Shown in pieces: positions 12,701 to 26,540 of a DNA stretch of 64,000 bases. The translations under genes and the position numbers were made by a program. Source of the DNA: Eledone cirrhosa (lineage: Eukaryota); NCBI GenBank assembly GCA_964016885.1, contig OZ024742.1, positions 12,400,001 to 12,464,000 on the forward strand. The letters are read 5' to 3'. The first letter of the stretch is position 1. Each line of letters starts with the position of its first letter. Below the pieces are notes generated by a model that was not told the DNA's origin, made no database searches, and was given only the letters and a program-made list of their open reading frames with translations.

Positions 12701-13832
12701 AGATGGTGGTACTCTATCAAGAGGGCAGTTAGATTAGACACGATAGGTTTTAATAAAGAATTAGTGTTAGATAGAAATAAGACCGAAAAGGAACTGGCAG
12801 ATAAAGTAGAAGAGTCACATAGGAGTGGTAACGTAGTCAGCGTGCTAGCGACGAGAACGGCCTTGGATCAGTTCTTCGACGCAAAGCATGAAGGCTGCGT
12901 TGTCAGGAGCAAATACGTGCTCTGGGAAACGAAGGAGCCAAAGCTGTTAGCTGGGCCCAAGTGATGGAGTCGAAGAGTGGTAACAAGTCCACGATTCGGT
13001 CTTTGAAGTACCAAGACGGACGCGTGATACGTGAGCCGAAGCAGATGTGCGTGGCCTTTCAGCGGCACTTTGCTCAACTGTTCGGGCAGGGCAGCGCGCC
13101 GGGAGGGGCTATGGATTTCGGTCCATACCACGGCGGCCTGCTGCGACTGTCGGACAGCGAGGCGAAGTTGTGCGAAAGGCCGATTTCGGCCGCTGAGATA
13201 GGAGACGCGCTGAGCCAATGCGGCAAATGAAATCTCCAGGTCTCGACGGTCTACCCTACGAATTTTATGTAGCAATGCTGGACTACTGCAACTGGCACCA
13301 CAACGGGAGAATTCCCAGTTCTGTAACCAAAGGCGTAGTCACGTTAGTCAGGAAGGACGAGAATAAGGGGGATGACATAGGCAACCTCCGACCCATAACT
13401 CTGATAAAGGCAGAGTTACAGATTTTGGCTAAGGTGTTGACAAAGAGGCTGGCGCTTGTCGTCGAAAACCTGGTGGGAGAAGTGCAGACATGCGCAATCC
13501 CGACCAGGTCCATACACGACAACCTCCACCTCATGCGATACATCATAGAGAGGCTAGGGTGTAAACCCGGTTTCGGTGGAGCCCTGATCAACTTGGATCA
13601 GTCTAAGGCTTTCGATAGGGTTGACTATCGTTACCTGGATGCGGTGCTCGAGGCGGCAGGCTTCGGACCCGTGTTCAGCGGCTGGATTGCTGCAATGCAC
13701 AGCAGCAATATCTGCTCAAGGGTCAAGGTGAACGGCTACCTCACGGAGCCGTTCCATATCACGCGATCAGGGATGCCCTCTCTCCTCCCTTCTGTACGTA
13801 CTGATGCTCGAGCCACTACTGCGGAAGTTGGA
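9725..13832 (+). mobile_element. Tx1/L1-clade LINE copy 2 (5' intact, many stops and frameshifts, 3' truncated in RT)
   Basis: Same 5' UTR as copy 1; ORF1 remnants (MAEAS*, CYHCLSSRHLRASC); APE (YSDH) and RT (LDQSKAFDRVD); ends at GCGGAAGTTGGA. Confidence 0.92.
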
Positions 13833-14005
13833 CGGAATGTATATGTGAAGGTATGTATATTTCCTCTGATAATTTGTAATATTTGTACATAGATCTATAT
13901 GATATACATACCAACACATATATACATCCCAGAAACGATCGTAAAATGATTAATTTTTTAATATAAGGAACTTGTTCTTTGTTTTTATTTCATTGTTTCT
14001 ATTTC

Positions 14006-14084
<79 letters not shown>

Positions 14085-14092
<8 letters not shown>

Positions 14093-14285
14093 AAAGAACA
14101 CAAGAGCGTCTACAACATCAAAAGATTTTTATTGGCTTACAATGTTTCTTCCCTACGTAACCGTAGGATTCGTCAAACCCCTTTTATAGCTCTGACGAAT
14201 CCTACGGTTACGTAAGGAAGAAACATTGTAAGCCAATAAAAATCTTTTGATGTTGTAGACGCTCTTGTGTTCTTTATCATATATA
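14085..14285. repeat. Foldback insertion (~90 bp arms) next to (TA)n
   Basis: ATGATAAAGAACACAAGAGCGTCTAC... pairs with ...GTAGACGCTCTTGTGTTCTTTATCAT. Confidence 0.9.
14182..14241 (+). ncRNA. Minimal type I hammerhead ribozyme
   Basis: TTTTAT.GCT / AGC..ATAAAA stem I; CTGACGA 14192-14198; stem II TCCTACG-GTTA-CGTAAGGA; GAAA-CATTG-TA. Confidence 0.8.
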
Positions 14286-14455
14286 CGGCTCTGCTCCAAA
14301 GCATAGAGCTAATTATTATGCTGCCAATACCTTAATGGGACATGGGTATACAATACCTAACTCCTATTAACCTAAGTATATATATATATATATATATATT
14401 TCGTTTCTGAATTTGTTTAGCAAGATTCTTTATCTGAAATCGTGTGTTGAAACCG

Positions 14456-14942
14456 ATATTGTTATACTTTGGGAGGGTCATGTTGCCAATAAGAAACACA
14501 CGCACCAGTTGTTTCACTTCAATTTATTATAATAAATTTATAATAAATTTATAAATTTATAAATTTCTGGTTGGTTGGTTGGTTCCACAACCAGATAGTT
14601 GTTTATATATAGTCATAGTTCTTTCGTCACACACTCTGTGACCTCTTCAGTGACTGGGGATTCTTTTCTTTGTTTCTGTGCCTCTCCGTTGTTCTGTCCT
14701 ACGCCATTTTGTTTCTGTGTGTGTGTTGTGACAGAACAAAGGCGAGGCACAGAAGCAAAGAAAGGAATCCCCAGTCACTGAAGAGGTCACAGAGTGTGTG
14801 ACGAAAGAACTATGACTATATATAAACAACTATCTGGTTGTGGAACCAACCAACCAACCAGAAATTTATAAATTTATAAAGTGAAAGCAACTGGTGCGTG
14901 TGTTTCTTATTGGCAACATGACCCTCCCAAAGTATAACAATA
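14456..14942. repeat. Foldback insertion (~210 bp arms) with an HHR in both arms
   Basis: TTGTTATACTTTGGGAGGG... / ...CCCTCCCAAAGTATAACAA; the near-identical ORFs 14599+ and 14647- reflect the palindrome; diverged relative at ~50090-50150. Confidence 0.9.
14773..14817 (+). ncRNA. Minimal hammerhead ribozyme (mirror copy on minus strand 14611-14655)
   Basis: AGTCA-CTGAAGA-G-GTCAC-AGAGTGT-GTGAC-GAAA-GAAC-TA-TGACT. Confidence 0.8.
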
Positions 14943-14997
14943 TATATATATATATATACAGTTATTTATATATATGTACTTATATATAATTATTTAC

Positions 14998-15039
<42 letters not shown>

Positions 15040-15225
15040 TATTACATTAACTATGACAATAGTCAGATAACTATGATATGACTGTCATTGTAGAAGTAAT
15101 GTTGGTGCTAGTACATTAGTTATGACAATAGTCAGATATATGACATGACCGCCATCCTAGAAGTAATGTTGGTCCTATTACATTAGCTATGACAAAACTA
15201 CCGATACTAGTACATATGTCAGTGT
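15040..15225. repeat. Short tandem repeat, ~70 bp unit, ~2.5 copies
   Basis: TACATTA(A/G)(C/T)TATGACAATAGTCAGATA...AGAAGTAATGTTGGT repeated. Confidence 0.6.
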
Positions 15226-15249
15226 AAATATGGACTTTTTGAAATCGAT

Positions 15250-16088
15250 GTCTGTGTGTATATGTGTGTGTATATGTGTGTGTGTATGTGTGAGTATGTG
15301 TGTGTGTTTGTGTATGTGTGCGTGTGTGTTTGTGAGTAAGTGTGTGTGTGTGTGTGTGTGCGTGTGTGAGTATGTGTGTGTGTGTATATATGTGTGTGTG
15401 TTTGTGTATGTGTGTTTGTGTATGTGTGTGTATGTGTATGTGTGTATGTATATGTGTGATTGCGCATGTGCTGTGCGTCTATATCTATGTGTGTATCTGG
15501 ATGTTTGTATGTGTTTGTATGTGTTTGCCTGTATGTGTGTGTTTCTTTGTGTGTCTGCATGTATATGCGTATCAATGTATGTGTATATATGTGGCTGTCT
15601 CAGGGTGTTTCTGTTTTTTTCTCTGTGTATTTTTGTGTGTATATGTCTGTACGTATGTGTATAAGTGTATGTATCTGTGTGTCTATATGTATATGCGTAT
15701 ATATATGTGCTTATATGTGTGTGTATCCATGTGTATGTGAGTCTCTGTGTATCTATAGTGTATGTATCTGTATATATATATATATATGTGTGTGTATGTG
15801 TATGTAAATGTGTATATATGTGTGTCTGCATGTTTCTCTCTGTGTATGTATAAGTGTATGTATCTGTACATATATGTGTGTGCCAGTGTATGTGTGGCTG
15901 CATGTGTATGTGTGTCTCTCTCTCTATATATATATATAAGTGTATGTATCTGTATGTATATATATGTATGTATGTATATATGTTTGTGTGTCAGTGTATG
16001 TGTGTCTCTATGTATATATAAATGTATGTATGTATGTATATATATATATATATATGTGTGTCAGTGTATGTATAAGTGTATGTAACTC

Positions 16089-16123
<35 letters not shown>

Positions 16124-16146
16124 CAGTGTATGTATAAGTGTATGTA

Positions 16147-16187
<41 letters not shown>

Positions 16188-16508
16188 ATCAGTGTATGTG
16201 TGAGTGTGTACTGTTTGTTTAGTGTCTACAGCCATTATCTCTTTTAATTTCACAGCCATTTTCCTGGTGTTGTCATCCGTTCTGCCGAGTTCCTCTAATT
16301 TCTTGCAGCAGATTACGTGTCATTTCTTCAATAAATAATACATCACTGCTTATGTCACATTATATACACACACACACACACATATATACCTACATATATA
16401 TATATATATACATATATATATATGATTCGGAATAACAGAAAACAAAAACCAAACAAACGCAGGAGTAAAGTGTGTATGTATATATATATATATGTATTTA
16501 CATTACAC

Positions 16509-16542
<34 letters not shown>

Positions 16543-16612
16543 ATTTATGTATACATACATACATAAATACGTACATAGACACGCATACATTGACACACAT
16601 TTACACTCACAC

Positions 16613-16666
<54 letters not shown>

Positions 16667-16782
16667 GTATATATTTGTGTATGTATGTATATAGGTATTT
16701 ATCTATGTATGTATGTATGTATGTATGTATGTATGTATGTATGTATGTATATATGTATATATTGTGTATATATGTATATATG

Positions 16783-16845
<63 letters not shown>

Positions 16846-16850
16846 TTGTA
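15250..16850. repeat. Degenerate (TG)n/(TA)n/(TATG)n microsatellite field
   Basis: Direct inspection; the overlapping ORFs are low-complexity artefacts. Confidence 0.9.
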
Positions 16851-17396
16851 TAGATAGTCTTTTATCTAGTTGGACAAGCAGAGAGAAAATATTATGAGAA
16901 TAATTTGGAGAAATTGTCAGACATGATGAATTAGAAGACAAGAGAAGAGTGACATCGGATTCCTTGAATGATTCAAAGGAATGAAAGTTTGTATGAGTGT
17001 GGGATTGAAAGAGTGATAAATAGAAAAATATTTAATAAGAGAAAATATCAGAAAAAATTGAATGGAGAGAAAAAATGGAGTTTAAATATATAAATATCTT
17101 ACTAAAGAAAAGTAATTTCAAAGAAAAAAAATATCTAACTGTATTTGAAAAACGGAAATGGTTGATGGTTAAAGGCTCAATTAACTTCACAGAAACGATT
17201 CTGTCGGACAGTTCCAATTAAATTCTGGCAGATAGTCATATTGAACGTATAGAATTGGTTATATACATAATTACATAAGACTTTATTACTGTAATATCAG
17301 CTCTGCTTCAACAGTTAGTAGGACCAGGCCAAAATTAAGTACATTAAATGTTATAGTAATCAGTTCTAAATGCATGAGATTTCGATATCGGTTGCC

Positions 17397-17465
<69 letters not shown>

Positions 17466-17592
17466 GTATATATATGGAAATGAAGAGTGTATGATATATA
17501 TATCCGTTCAGATCTAGCAGTCAAAACGGCCGGAGCTCAGCATTCGGGGTCCTGGCTCTTTTCCTATATATATATATAAATGAAGAGTGTAT

Positions 17593-17645
<53 letters not shown>

Positions 17646-17759
17646 CTAAACAAAAAAGAAAAGCGAACACAGACATATACATATGTGTTCAAATCGTAAG
17701 GGACCAGAGCTAAGTTATTTTAAGAGACTATTTTGAGTTTCTAACTCAATATATGCCTT

Positions 17760-17825
<66 letters not shown>

Positions 17826-17873
17826 GACGTAAATAAGAAAGTTATGAAAATTGACTTACTTACTAAAATTTCA

Positions 17874-17950
17874 CTCCAACTAATTAGTTTCTGTAAGGGG
17901 ATAAATACAGTTATGTGATACCTGTAGAGAAGCGTTACGTCATCAGGAAG
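17874..17950 (-). ncRNA. Hammerhead ribozyme inside ~55 bp inverted repeats (17820-17878 / 18007-18063)
   Basis: Minus: CTTC-CTGATGA-CGTAA...TTACA-GAAA-CTAATTAG-TT-GGAG; palindromic stem III ACTAATTAGT. Confidence 0.7.
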
Positions 17951-18329
17951 TCTATTCTCAGCTAAGCCACCAGGCAATGCAGGGACACTGGAAGCTTATA
18001 TAACAATGGAGTGAAATTTTAGTAAGTCAATTTTCATAACTTTCTTATTTACGTCTTTCATATAATTGTTCTGCATTCCCCTGCATAGAACTACAAAGTT
18101 ACTAAGACAAAACATATATATCTGCTAGCGTAGGTATGCATCTGTATACATATGTCGGTAGATATATTAATTCTTTATAATCTTCTCCAAATTATTTGTT
18201 GAGCAAAATTTGCCAAATTACTACAGTGACTGATAGTAGTGGCTAGGCTCTGTCTTAATAGCACCCCCACGCCAAGCTGGTTAACCTCAGTGTCACGTGA
18301 TTAATTCTTTTGAATTTGCCACTTGACCA

Positions 18330-18800
18330 CTTAAAATTTCTTACTCTACGACTCATATCCTTGCACATAACATCACAGCTTCAAATTTAGCTAAACTACC
18401 TAGCCGTAGGAACACGTGCAACCCTGTAGTTAGTACGAACTGTAATTGTAGGAATCGGGTTGACTGCCCCCTATCCGGGAAATGCCTCTCTAGTAGCATT
18501 GTTTACAAATGTAAGGTTGAAACACGCACGTCCCGTGGGGCCTACATATGGTTAACCGCCAATAGATTCAAGCAGCGTCTTTACATGCATACCCATTCTT
18601 TTCGTTACACTTTAAGAAGGAATATGACGTCACTTTCAGCTTATATCTGGAGTCTAAAGGACAACCACACCCAATATAAGTTACACTGGGAGATCCTGGT
18701 TAGGGCTAGATTGTATAACGGAAATAAAAACCATGTGACCTCTGCGCCGCTGAGTGCCTGGAAATACTCTACGCCACAGACCACATCTTAACTAAAAATC
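18330..18800 (+). mobile_element. Penelope-like element C-terminus (linker plus GIY-YIG endonuclease), degenerate, probably Naiad-like
   Basis: Open frame LKISYS...CNCRNRVDCPLSGKCLSSSIVYKC...AYIWLTANRFKQR...HSF...TSLSAYIWSLK...WEIL, then CDLC after a frameshift; YIG motif altered to YIW. Confidence 0.85.
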
Positions 18801-19261
18801 TGAGGCAATTTCGGCTTGTAATTGCACAAACTTTCCTGTATTACAGCCCCACATTATACCCTAACGGATAGTACGAACTATACGCGGATATTTTACGTCT
18901 TGATGTGGTAGCTAAGTATATGTTATGTTTATACCATTACTTATTTGTATAGGTAAGTATATATTACCTGTATGTTTTGTGAAGGTACGTATACTTTCTC
19001 GTACGTATATTTGATTGTACATGTTATGGCGTATATATTATATATTCTGGTACATATGCTTTGGTTATGTGTATACTGGAGTTTTGCGTCTGTGTGTGTA
19101 TGCGGGTTCGTACGTATGTAGGGTGTGTGTATATGTGTACTTTGAGTTTCGGTTGACGTACGTCTCCAAACATATGTGTATTTATATGTAGGTATGTGTG
19201 TGCGCTTGTCATATACGTACTTATTTATTTATATACGCTTATTTAATTATATGTATACACG

Positions 19262-19337
<76 letters not shown>

Positions 19338-19811
19338 AATATATATTCTTATGTGTATTTGGTGTATACATTCGTATGCGTGCGGGTACAGGCGTTGCGT
19401 GGGTTCTGTATGTGCGTGCGGATTTTTTTTGTGTACGTGCGTGTATTTGTATACCTATGGCGAGTGTTTTCGCGTATGCTTGTGTATATACGTATATGGA
19501 TGCGTGTATGTAATTATTTAATTTCAATTACCTCTGTAACTTATTTACTTTATTCTTAACTCTGTTAGCCGAGAATCATTCGGTTTCCGAGTTAGAATTT
19601 TAGTCTCCGACTTCAGTTATACCGTTTACGTGGTTTTGTCTTTGCGTGCAATTGTTCTCCCCACTCCACATATGACGTATTATCTTCGTTTTTTCCCTTC
19701 ATTGCCAGAGAACGTCTCTATGAACCACCTAATGTAATAATAGTCTACGACTTCTATTATACCCTAAACGTGATTTTGTCTTTGCGTGTAATTGTTTTTC
19801 ACCGCTCCAAA

Positions 19812-19998
19812 TAATTGTTTCTACTTTAGGCACAAGGCCAGTAATTAACCAGTGCATTACTGGTACTTTATTTTATCGACCCCGTAAGGATGAAAGGCAA
19901 AGTCAACCTCGGCGGGATTTGAACTCAGATCGTAAAGGGACGTAACTATGCTGGAAAGCGTGGCGTCCGACCCTCTACTGATACTGCCAATTCACCGC
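19812..19998 (-). mobile_element. tRNA-derived SINE (cephalopod-type) with TSD
   Basis: B-box GAGTTCAAATCC, body CTTTCATCCTTACGGGGTCGATAAAAT, 3' GGCCTTGTGCCTAAAGTAGAAACAAT; CTCCAAATAAT duplicated on both sides. Confidence 0.85.
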
Positions 19999-20204
19999 TC
20001 CAAATAATGACGTATTATATTCGTTTTTTCCTGTTCTTTGCCAGGGAACGTTTCCACGAACCAAAGTATCGTCTTCCTGTCTTCCTCCAGTTGCAATGTT
20101 TTTTTGAAATATTCACTCCTGCGTTCACAGATTGACTTTGTTAGTTTCAGAAGATCCCGTAAAGGGTGAAAGCAGCGATTCTTTGCTTAAACTTTTATTT
20201 GTTA

Positions 20205-20269
<65 letters not shown>

Positions 20270-20492
20270 CAACTAGAAATTGCTTAACATATAAATAAAC
20301 ATGAATAATCACAAGAGATATTTTTTACAAGTGTGTAAGCACACATAGCTAGGTAGGTAACTAAATAAATGTAACTAGAACATCAAAAATAGATACCTTA
20401 TAATATGATTAATCTTCCCTGTATATATTCCTTTCTGGCATGACAGCCATAATTTTGATTTAGATTAAATTCATTTTGATTTATCTTAATTT

Positions 20493-20564
<72 letters not shown>

Positions 20565-20634
20565 AGTGTATGGTATATATATACGGGTGCGTGACTTCGC
20601 ACGTTTACCGACACCGGACTTGTCCTTTTTATAT

Positions 20635-20671
20635 TCCTCCGAAGAAGAGATTTTGTCTCGAAATATGAGGA
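20635..20671 (+). ncRNA. Degenerate minimal hammerhead motif
   Basis: TCCT-CCGAAGA-AGAGA TTTTG TCTC-GAAA-TATG-AGGA; core U4 changed to C and the cleavage triplet is non-canonical. Confidence 0.45.
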
Positions 20672-20815
20672 CAGATAAATACATAAGGTAATACATAATA
20701 TCTTGTTTCGTCTTATTTTCTTGTTCGTCCATTTCGCAAGTTGTCGCCTTCAAACTTTACATTTATATATATATAAATTACAGAATAATCAAAATTATGT
20801 TAAAAACATTTTATT

Positions 20816-20860
20816 GCTGACAATCGTTTCTTCCAAACTTTTGTTTGGGAACATCGGAGC
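20816..20860 (-). ncRNA. Degenerate hammerhead motif (same layout as 14182)
   Basis: Minus: GCT-CCGATGT-TCCCAAAC AAAA GTTTGGAA-GAAA-CGATTG-TC-AGC-AATAAAA. Confidence 0.5.
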
Positions 20861-21480
20861 ACTAGCAAAGTTTAGACATATAATTAACCTCCTATTCCAC
20901 AGAACAATTATAAAGATACGTAGATGTTAGTGTTTTCATTAACAGTGTCATATTTAAAGAGTGAAGATGATGTGGTCAGTATCAGTGGATGCGACAAAGA
21001 TTATAAAAGAATAATACAACAATTATAGATGAATTAAAGAAGAAAGTTACTCGAAAAATGAGGACATTAGCGGTACATAGGCAAATGTATAGAAAGAGTG
21101 CAGATGTGTTAGGCATGTACATAATAACCAAGTAAGAAGCAAGCAATGGTACTGGGCATATATATCACAGAATGGCATAGGTATCACATAATACAATACA
21201 GGTATAAAAGCATATTAAGCAGGCAGAGATGCTTGGGTATGAAAAGCAGTTTCTATCAAGTTTATGGTGGATATAATGTGGTAATTGTTCCGATAATGTT
21301 CAATTGTGTATGTGTTGTGAGTATTAATGTAAAGGGCTTCCTTTCCATTACATTGGTTATATTTTAGTAAATGTTTATCAGTAGCTACAACTATGGATTC
21401 TATATTGGTCCTATTACAATCTTATCAAGGGTTCGAGTTGTTCTGGAGTGATCTGTTTAATTTCAGGAAGTATATATATA

Positions 21481-21590
<110 letters not shown>

Positions 21591-21638
21591 AGAGTATTGA
21601 AGTTTGCTTGAAGCATTGTGGAATAACAGGTAAATATC

Positions 21639-22279
21639 TTTAAGTCGTTTGGAAGCCTCGACAATGCAAATGGGTAAATCTCCGGGTAACAAGATCCGGT
21701 GGTGGAGAGAGAGATGTAAGTGGGTGTACGTTGGGATGCGTGGTGTGTATAAGACGTGTAGAAGAATGAAGGAAAGAGTATAAAGGATAAAATTAAAATA
21801 ACAACACGACTGAGAGTTACCTTGGGAGAGATTTAATTGTCCTTATATATTTCGGATTCACATCCATCAACTGGGGGTTTTTTCCGGGGCGGGGGAAAGG
21901 TTGTCTGTCGGAAAGGTGCGAAACGCGTCCTCCGCTGTTTGTTGTTTTGAATATCAAATATCGATAATCAAAACAACAAACAGCGGAGGACGCGTTTCGC
22001 ACCTTTCCGACAGACAACCTTTCCCCCGCCCCAGAAAAAACCCCAGTTGATGGATGTGAATCCGAAATATATAGGGACAATTAAATCTCTAAAAAGGTAA
22101 CTCTCTCTCGTGTTGTTATTTTTATTTTATCCTTTATACTCTTTCCTTCATTCTTCTACACGTCTTATACACACCACGCATCCCAACGTACACCCACTTA
22201 CATCTCTCTCTCCACCACCGGATCTTGTTACCCGGAGATTTACCCGTTTGCATTGTCGAGGCTTCCAAACGACTTAAAG
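21639..22279. repeat. Large near-perfect foldback (~310 bp arms) between (TA)n tracts, with an altered HHR motif in each arm
   Basis: TTAAGTCGTTTGGAAGCCTCGACAATGC... / ...GCATTGTCGAGGCTTCCAAACGACTTAA; centre ~21958; CCC-CAGTTGA-TGGAT GTGA ATCC-GAAA-TATA-TA-GGG at 22041-22076. Confidence 0.9.
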
Positions 22280-22476
22280 TTATATATATATATATATATT
22301 AGAAAGTGAACAACACAAATATAACTACTCCATTACCAAAAGTTTCTGGATCACAGACGATAATAATAAAATATACGTCTGGATATATAATTAAATAGCT
22401 CTGTTCTATACATAGAGCACTCTTTTTTCCTTTGCTTTTCCTTCGGAATTACCTAACACACACACACACACATATA

Positions 22477-22534
<58 letters not shown>

Positions 22535-22926
22535 TCTAACAAGGTTCTGTCAACATTGTACGCCTATAAAAAACTGGCTTAACTAACACTCTCTCTACTT
22601 TGGTCGACTCACGTCCATCCTGGAGTAAATATATGAGGAAAAGTGATTTAGCTCTGACCATCGCAGTATTTGTCAATGACTACATGCTACAAAACGTCCT
22701 TCCTTTACATGTTACGGTGGGATTGAACGAGATTTGTCTCAATGACAAGTCATGAAAAATCTTTATTTTTTGCCGAAAATCAAACCTGATCAATAAAGAG
22801 TTTTTATTTCATACATAGTCGATATAGAATTACACTGTCTTTGTTCACGATAGCTCGTGACCTGGGAAAGTTAGAGCTAGTATAGTTAGCATTCCCAACA
22901 ACTCCATTGGAATTCTGTTGTAGGTC

Positions 22927-23952
22927 TATATATACACATGGTGTTAATATATATACATGATGTTAAGATATATACATGGTGTTAAAATATATACATGGTG
23001 TTAAGATATATACATGGTGTTAAGATATATACATAGTGTTAATATATACATGGTGTTAAGATATACACATGGTGTTAATATATACACATAGTGTTAATAT
23101 ATATACATGATGTTAAGATATATACATGGTGTTAATATATACACATGGTGTTAATATATATTCATGATGTTAAGATATATACATGGTGTTAAAATATATA
23201 CATGGTGTTAAGATATATACATGGTGTTAATATATACATGGTGTTAAGATATATACATGGTGTTAATATATACACATGGTGTTAATATATATACATGGTG
23301 TTAATATATACATGGTGTTAAGATATACACATGGTGTTAATATATACACATGGTGTTAATATATATACATGATGTTAAGTTATACACATGGTGTTAATAT
23401 ATACACATGGTGTTAATATATACACATGGTGTTAATATATATACATGATGTTAAGATATATACATGATGTTAAGATATACACATGGTGTTAATATATACA
23501 TGGTGTTAAGATATATACATGGTGTTAAGATATATACATGGTGTTAAGATATACACATGGTGTTAATATATACATGGTGTTAAGATATATACATGGTGTT
23601 AACATATACACATGGTGGGTGCTGGCCTTGTGCCTAAAGTAGAAACAATATATACATGGTGTTAAGATATACATGGTATTAATATACATGGTGTTAATAT
23701 ATATACATGATGTTAAGATATACACATGGTGTTAAGATATACATGGTGTTAATATATATACATGGTGTTAATATATATACATGGTGTTAATATATACACA
23801 TGGTGTTAAGATATATACATGGTGTTAAGATATATACATGGTGTTAAGATATACATGGTGTTAATATATACACATAGTGTTAATATATATACATGGTGTT
23901 AATATATACACATGGTGTTAAGATATATACATGGTGTTAAGATATACACATT
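22927..23952. repeat. Minisatellite, ~19-23 bp unit ACATGGTGTTAA(G/T)ATAT(AT)
   Basis: Dozens of tandem copies; contains a SINE 3' fragment at ~23620-23648. Confidence 0.95.
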
Positions 23953-24268
23953 GTGTTACCTTTTCAACATATTGTATTTTAAAAAGCTCAGGAATTCTTC
24001 TCGTTTGAGCACATTATTTACAGGGAATGGCGAGGGTCTATGGCTCCGTTAATTTATCGTGATATTTCGCTCCTTATGACAGTGTTTCCGATCACTCTGT
24101 TTGGTTGAGCACACTTCTCTGAGTGGTTTTGGGCTGCCTTTTCTAGCAGCTCGTCCCTCAGAGGCCACTGGTTCACTGCCCTTAAACACACTGTGACTTC
24201 TCTCTCCCACGTGTAGCTGGACAGTCACTTTTAAAATTCTCTTAGTGTTGTCTGAAATGTATAGCCTT

Positions 24269-24350
24269 ACACACGCTGAGGAACCGGGGTTATTCCATTT
24301 CTGTCAACAACTTACTGGCGAAACAGATCTCTCTGGATTTGTACGTGTGT
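24269..24350 (+). ncRNA. Type I hammerhead ribozyme, intact core
   Basis: Stem I ACACACG/CGTGTGT; CTGAGGA 24276-24282; imperfect long stem II; GAAA 24320-24323; stem III CAGATC-TCTCTG-GATTTG; TA. Confidence 0.8.
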
Positions 24351-24551
24351 TATATAGTTATAGAGGTATTTATTTACGCTTTCATTTATATTTTTAATTA
24401 TCGTGTCTATATTCTGCCTTTCATAGGTTATAGATTCCATACACTGGTGGTTTTTCCCTGTTTTATTGATAGCGCACTGTATATCTCTCTCTGGTGTGTT
24501 ACCTTTTCAACATATTGTAATATATATATATATATATATATATTTACTATA

Positions 24552-25752
<1,201 letters not shown>

Positions 25753-25876
25753 CAACATTAAATATTTATATTCTGTATGTATTGAATAGCTTACTTACTG
25801 TGGTTACCCGCGATTGAACCCGGCATAAGCATATATATATATTTATATATATGTGTGCGTGTGTGTGTGTGTGTGT

Positions 25877-25952
<76 letters not shown>

Positions 25953-26094
25953 TGTGTGTGTTATACGAGATAGATGATGTAAACATACATATGCATACAT
26001 ACATATGCATACATACATACATACATGCAATCTCTACCACTCACAAATACACGCATACATATATATATACATACACACATACATACATATATAC

Positions 26095-26497
26095 ATGGTG
26101 GCTGCCAACTCGTTTTCGAGTACGGCCACTACATTATATCCATGTAGGAGAACTCCTACCGATGCGCTGAACGAGTGTGACTTTTTAGTCCAGCCAGCGA
26201 CTTGAAAACTTTGGTACAAACACTACACTTGTTACAATTATTGACACATAGTGCTGGGCAGATGGTACCATGTAACGACAAGTGCAGAGAGATCTCCAAA
26301 TATAAAGCAATGCCTGTGCCGTGAAGCTTTTATAGTGAGCAAAGGCACTGCACAAAGCCAGTCCCACTCTCTTAACCAAGATGATATTTACCAAAAAGAA
26401 TAACAAGTCAACATCATTGGATACCATCAGGGTTGCAGGTGTTATAGCAGAGTTTTCCTTCTCCTAGAATTCTGCCTTGACAAAGGCTAAGGGGTCA
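26095..26497 (-). mobile_element. Non-autonomous bipartite RTE-derived element, copy 1
   Basis: Minus strand: RTE 5'-UTR-like CTAGGAGAAGGAAAACTCT, then C2H2 finger CSVCTKVFKSLAGLKSHTRSAH*, short 3' UTR and (ATGT)n tail. Confidence 0.6.
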
Positions 26498-26540
26498 TAC
26501 ATATATACATACATACATACCTAAAGACATACATACATAC

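Noticed and set aside
13860-13950. GAAACGATCGTA hammerhead 3' half (similar at ~56930)
   Set aside because: No matching intact 5' core or stems; at most a remnant
16200-16330. Minus-strand host exon (CKKLEELG..KLKEIM)
   Set aside because: More like a short RTE interdomain remnant; no splice or homology support
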